The notes below the pieces were generated by a model. That model ran no database searches. It was given only the letters and a program-made list of their open reading frames with translations, and was not told the DNA's origin. 64,000 nucleotides of DNA from Dehalococcoidia bacterium (lineage in GTDB: Bacteria; Chloroflexota; Dehalococcoidia; Lucifugimonadales; UBA1127): the NCBI GenBank assembly GCA_965197715.1, contig OZ240224.1, positions 1,885,657 to 1,949,656 on the forward strand, written 5' to 3'. The position numbers and the translations under genes are program-made. Shown one piece after another: positions 62,601 to 64,000 of the stretch (position 1 is the stretch's first letter; each line of letters begins with the position of its first letter).

Positions 62601-64000
62601 TTCTCCGCCGCCCGGGTGACGGTCACGGTGTAGGTCGCGGCGACGCCGTCCTGCGCCGTCACCCGGACCTGGATGACGTTGGCCCCCACCGACACATTCA
62701 CCTGGAACTCGGCGGCCGTGCCGGCGTCCGTGAGGGCGTTGCCGTCGACGTCGAGGAACGCGACGCTGGCGTCGGCGTCGGCCGCCGTGGCGGCAATCGT
62801 GATCTGCGTGGCGGCGTGGCCCGTCACTGCCGCATACGAGGACGTGGTGCTGCTGAAGGTGGGATAGAGCGTCGCGCCGGCCAGGGTCAGGGTTTCGAGG
62901 GCGGCTTCGGATCCCACCGCGGTCGTGGTCACCTCGGAGGCGGCGCCGTCGCCGTTGATGTTGGAGGCCAGGATCCGGATCGTGTAGTCGACGCCGTGGG
63001 ACAGGCCCTCGATGGTGTGCGACAGGTCCGCGAGGTCGGTCACCGACGTTTCGCGGGAAGCGTCGTAGTCCTGCGCGCCGGACTTCCACTGCACCGTGTA
63101 GCCGGTGATCCGTGAACCGCCGTCGTCGTCGGGTGCCTGCCAGGACACAGCCATGATGCCGTCGACGGCGGCGACAGCCGCCAGACCCGCGGGCGCCTGG
63201 GGCACGCAGCCGCCGTCCCGCCACGGAATGCGTATCGCACTGTTCCACAACGCGTCGGACCGGCAGAGGCCGCCGAACGCGGTGCGCATCAGGTCCCTCA
63301 TGCTCCCGGATGAGCCCCCCTCGGCCTTGATGTGGGACCACACGAGTGCCAGATCGAGGTCGCCGTTCTCGTCGTCGTAGGTCTCGGCCAACCACGCCGG
63401 CATCTCGCCCGCCAGCGCCGTGCGGACGACTTCCAGCGCCTCCTCCGTATCACGGGAAACGCAATGCCGCCAGTAGCCCGTCTCCCCCAATCCGGCATCG
63501 CCGAACACACTCACCATGAGCAGGTCGGCCAGCAACTCTCGGGCGGGCCGGTAGTCGCAGCCGTGGTCGACCCGGGCGAAGTACAGCCGCGCGATGGCGA
63601 TCGGTACCTCGGGCGAGCCCTCCAGACGGTTCGTCAGCGTCAGCACGTGGCCGAGCTCGTGGGTGATGAGCGGGATCACGTCCACGAAGTCCCAGTTGAT
63701 ATACAACCAGGTGATTTGGCAGTACCGCGCCCTCGCGTCCCAGAGCGAATGGTGCAAGTCCGCGCCGGCGCTGTTGAAGCACGAATGAACGACTTGCCCG
63801 TAATACTGTTGGCCGAGGTGGAAGTCGATTCCGGATTTCTGACCGTAGGGGTCGTTTTGCTTGTTGGCGGCGTCGATCCAGTCGAACGCGACCCGGAGCC
63901 ACGGATTGGCGTCCTCGTGGACGCTGATCAGTTCGTTCTCGATGAACGTTGCCGCCTGGGCGTGGGTGGAGTCCCACTGCGGCGTCCCGGTTGCCACTGC
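59675..64000 (-). CDS. giant multidomain extracellular protein (HExxH metalloprotease-like, FN3, cadherin-like, Spondin_N, Calx-beta, DUF11, cadherin, dockerin/EF-hand); N-terminus outside window
   Basis: The reading frame is open to the window edge. THELGH at 63647-63661. FN3 (ITGYTVQWK...). LTLAGATLYPTFSSTTSSYAA (cadherin-like beta sandwich). AHFSPLIGGVHGADVTF...GGVEQMAEIGG (Spondin_N-like). Calx-beta-like repeats (SSDYAA...VTFRPGETEKE...DDRVDDDGESVTLSF). C-terminal DTDDNGAIDRDEAI. Confidence 0.85.
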   Translation of the reverse strand, partial: AVATGTPQWDSTHAQAATFIENELISVHEDANPWLRVAFDWIDAANKQNDPYGQKSGIDFHLGQQYYGQVVHSCFNSAGADLHHSLWDARARYCQITWLYINWDFVDVIPLITHELGHVLTLTNRLEGSPEVPIAIARLYFARVDHGCDYRPARELLADLLMVSVFGDAGLGETGYWRHCVSRDTEEALEVVRTALAGEMPAWLAETYDDENGDLDLALVWSHIKAEGGSSGSMRDLMRTAFGGLCRSDALWNSAIRIPWRDGGCVPQAPAGLAAVAAVDGIMAVSWQAPDDDGGSRITGYTVQWKSGAQDYDASRETSVTDLADLSHTIEGLSHGVDYTIRILASNINGDGAASEVTTTAVGSEAALETLTLAGATLYPTFSSTTSSYAAVTGHAATQITIAATAADADASVAFLDVDGNALTDAGTAAEFQVNVSVGANVIQVRVTAQDGVAATYTVTVTRAAENTSLSPPASDPPVPVASTALYTIVFQGAWTTDVTPDGRPSGAHFSPLIGGVHGADVTFLERGGTASGGVEQMAEIGGTGKLRNEVQAAINATPATALSVLRRSGNIGATGSDTLSNVMLTTEFPRVTLTTMIAPSHDWFVGVSGLPLLNAQGNWLAWVRVFLYPWDAGSEEGNDFSLSPSVDTSPRGVIHSIRGTGKFSTERIATLTFTLESMNFAPTGAPFIAGVTGAPEVGEELTAHTSAIADGDGLASPGYKYQWLRVDAGGQAATISGATSPTYTVQGADVGRQLTVRVSFTDDNNTVEELTSDATEAVMVTQVTVSFGAGGYAAAEGGQRATVKVMLDKDPHRTLRIPLHAATGGGADSSDYAATAQVTFRPGETEKEAHVTAADDRVDDDGESVTLSFGDLPDGVSAGSPSETVVELIDDDYVPVTLGWEETAFTAEEPTSPGATTAVNLRAEAVTATDKRPESGFTLAFTVRTVDGTAQQPDDYEEFTAMETFDHNDFFRTPVGGGQFRYVASVVFTVTVAHDTVDEPLERFTVLLALAGADRPHLILGAATATLTTTDDVASLVDLRTTVTARTSAVEPGEELTYEWSIYNSGPAAATSTVLTGTLDGGMTFVSAQVTSPATGQCGRSGRTVACAVGTLEVGDTAVGEIVVQVRDGASADMGFTAVAAADQLDRRPADDNGSVTTALDAPPGRVTDLRATGERGHIDVTWSPPDDNGSAITGYELERKAGTDDYASVFPQPPQGTTSHRDEDVSEGTEYTYRLRAVNEDGEAEWSNEATATTRETPAPPPPPPPPQQSSGGGGGGGGVGGGGGGTPRNRSPAFTDGDATTRSVPENTAAGQDIGAPLEAVDPDRRDTLTYTLEGEDVSAFDIDAATGQLQTRAPLDYETRISYTLTARVEDRRGRSDVMEVTVTVTNVGLDGTAGRYDTDDNGAIDRDEAIAAVVDYFNGVISKEETIEVVRVYFAG

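Overview
High-GC (~65%) bacterial chromosomal window, coding on both strands. Taxonomy cannot be fixed from sequence alone. The gene content resembles marine or sponge Chloroflexi of the SAR202 type, but that is inference only.

**Left end (0-9 kb, minus strand).** A classical translation cluster: tRNA-Thr(UGU), tRNA-Tyr, then ~430 nt unassigned, a promoter, tRNA-Thr(GGU), tuf, rpmG, secE, nusG, rplK, rplA, rplJ, rplL. It is followed by a small Zn-ribbon gene and radC rather than rpoBC.

**Remainder: catabolic and uptake genes.**
- Eight paralogous amidohydrolase-2 genes, each with an N-terminal DxDxH-type motif.
- Three family-5 solute-binding protein genes and two pairs of ABC permease genes, with no ATPase genes.
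- A GatC-like/amidase/PPOX/Rieske oxygenase operon.
- ilvA, a PutP-like symporter, lspA, rluD, pyrF.
- A thiolase + DUF35 pair.
- An ornithine cyclodeaminase (OCD) / LigB dioxygenase / amidohydrolase trio.
- fhs.

**Right end.** tRNA-Gln and tRNA-Glu are followed by a P4-type tyrosine integrase, decayed gene fragments, and a multidomain surface protein of more than 1440 aa that runs off the window.

**Most notable observations.**
1. An ArsC/Spx-family gene whose CxxC position is an in-frame TGA (UxxC). It has a perfect Shine-Dalgarno sequence (SD) and ATG upstream and a SECIS-like hairpin downstream, so it is a likely selenoprotein that ORF callers truncate.
2. A near-consensus promoter, a leaderless Cys-rich 16-codon uORF and an intrinsic terminator, all upstream of an AhpD/CMD-like gene.
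3. A 968-aa fused nuclease-like/N6-adenine methyltransferase gene with an abrupt internal GC drop.
4. The amidohydrolase/solute-binding protein (SBP) paralog array without ABC ATPases.
5. Several families of GC-rich intergenic hairpin repeats, plus multiple gene remnants.

No CRISPR array, rRNA gene or intact transposase was seen. All homology statements rest on motif recognition by eye; no database search was run.
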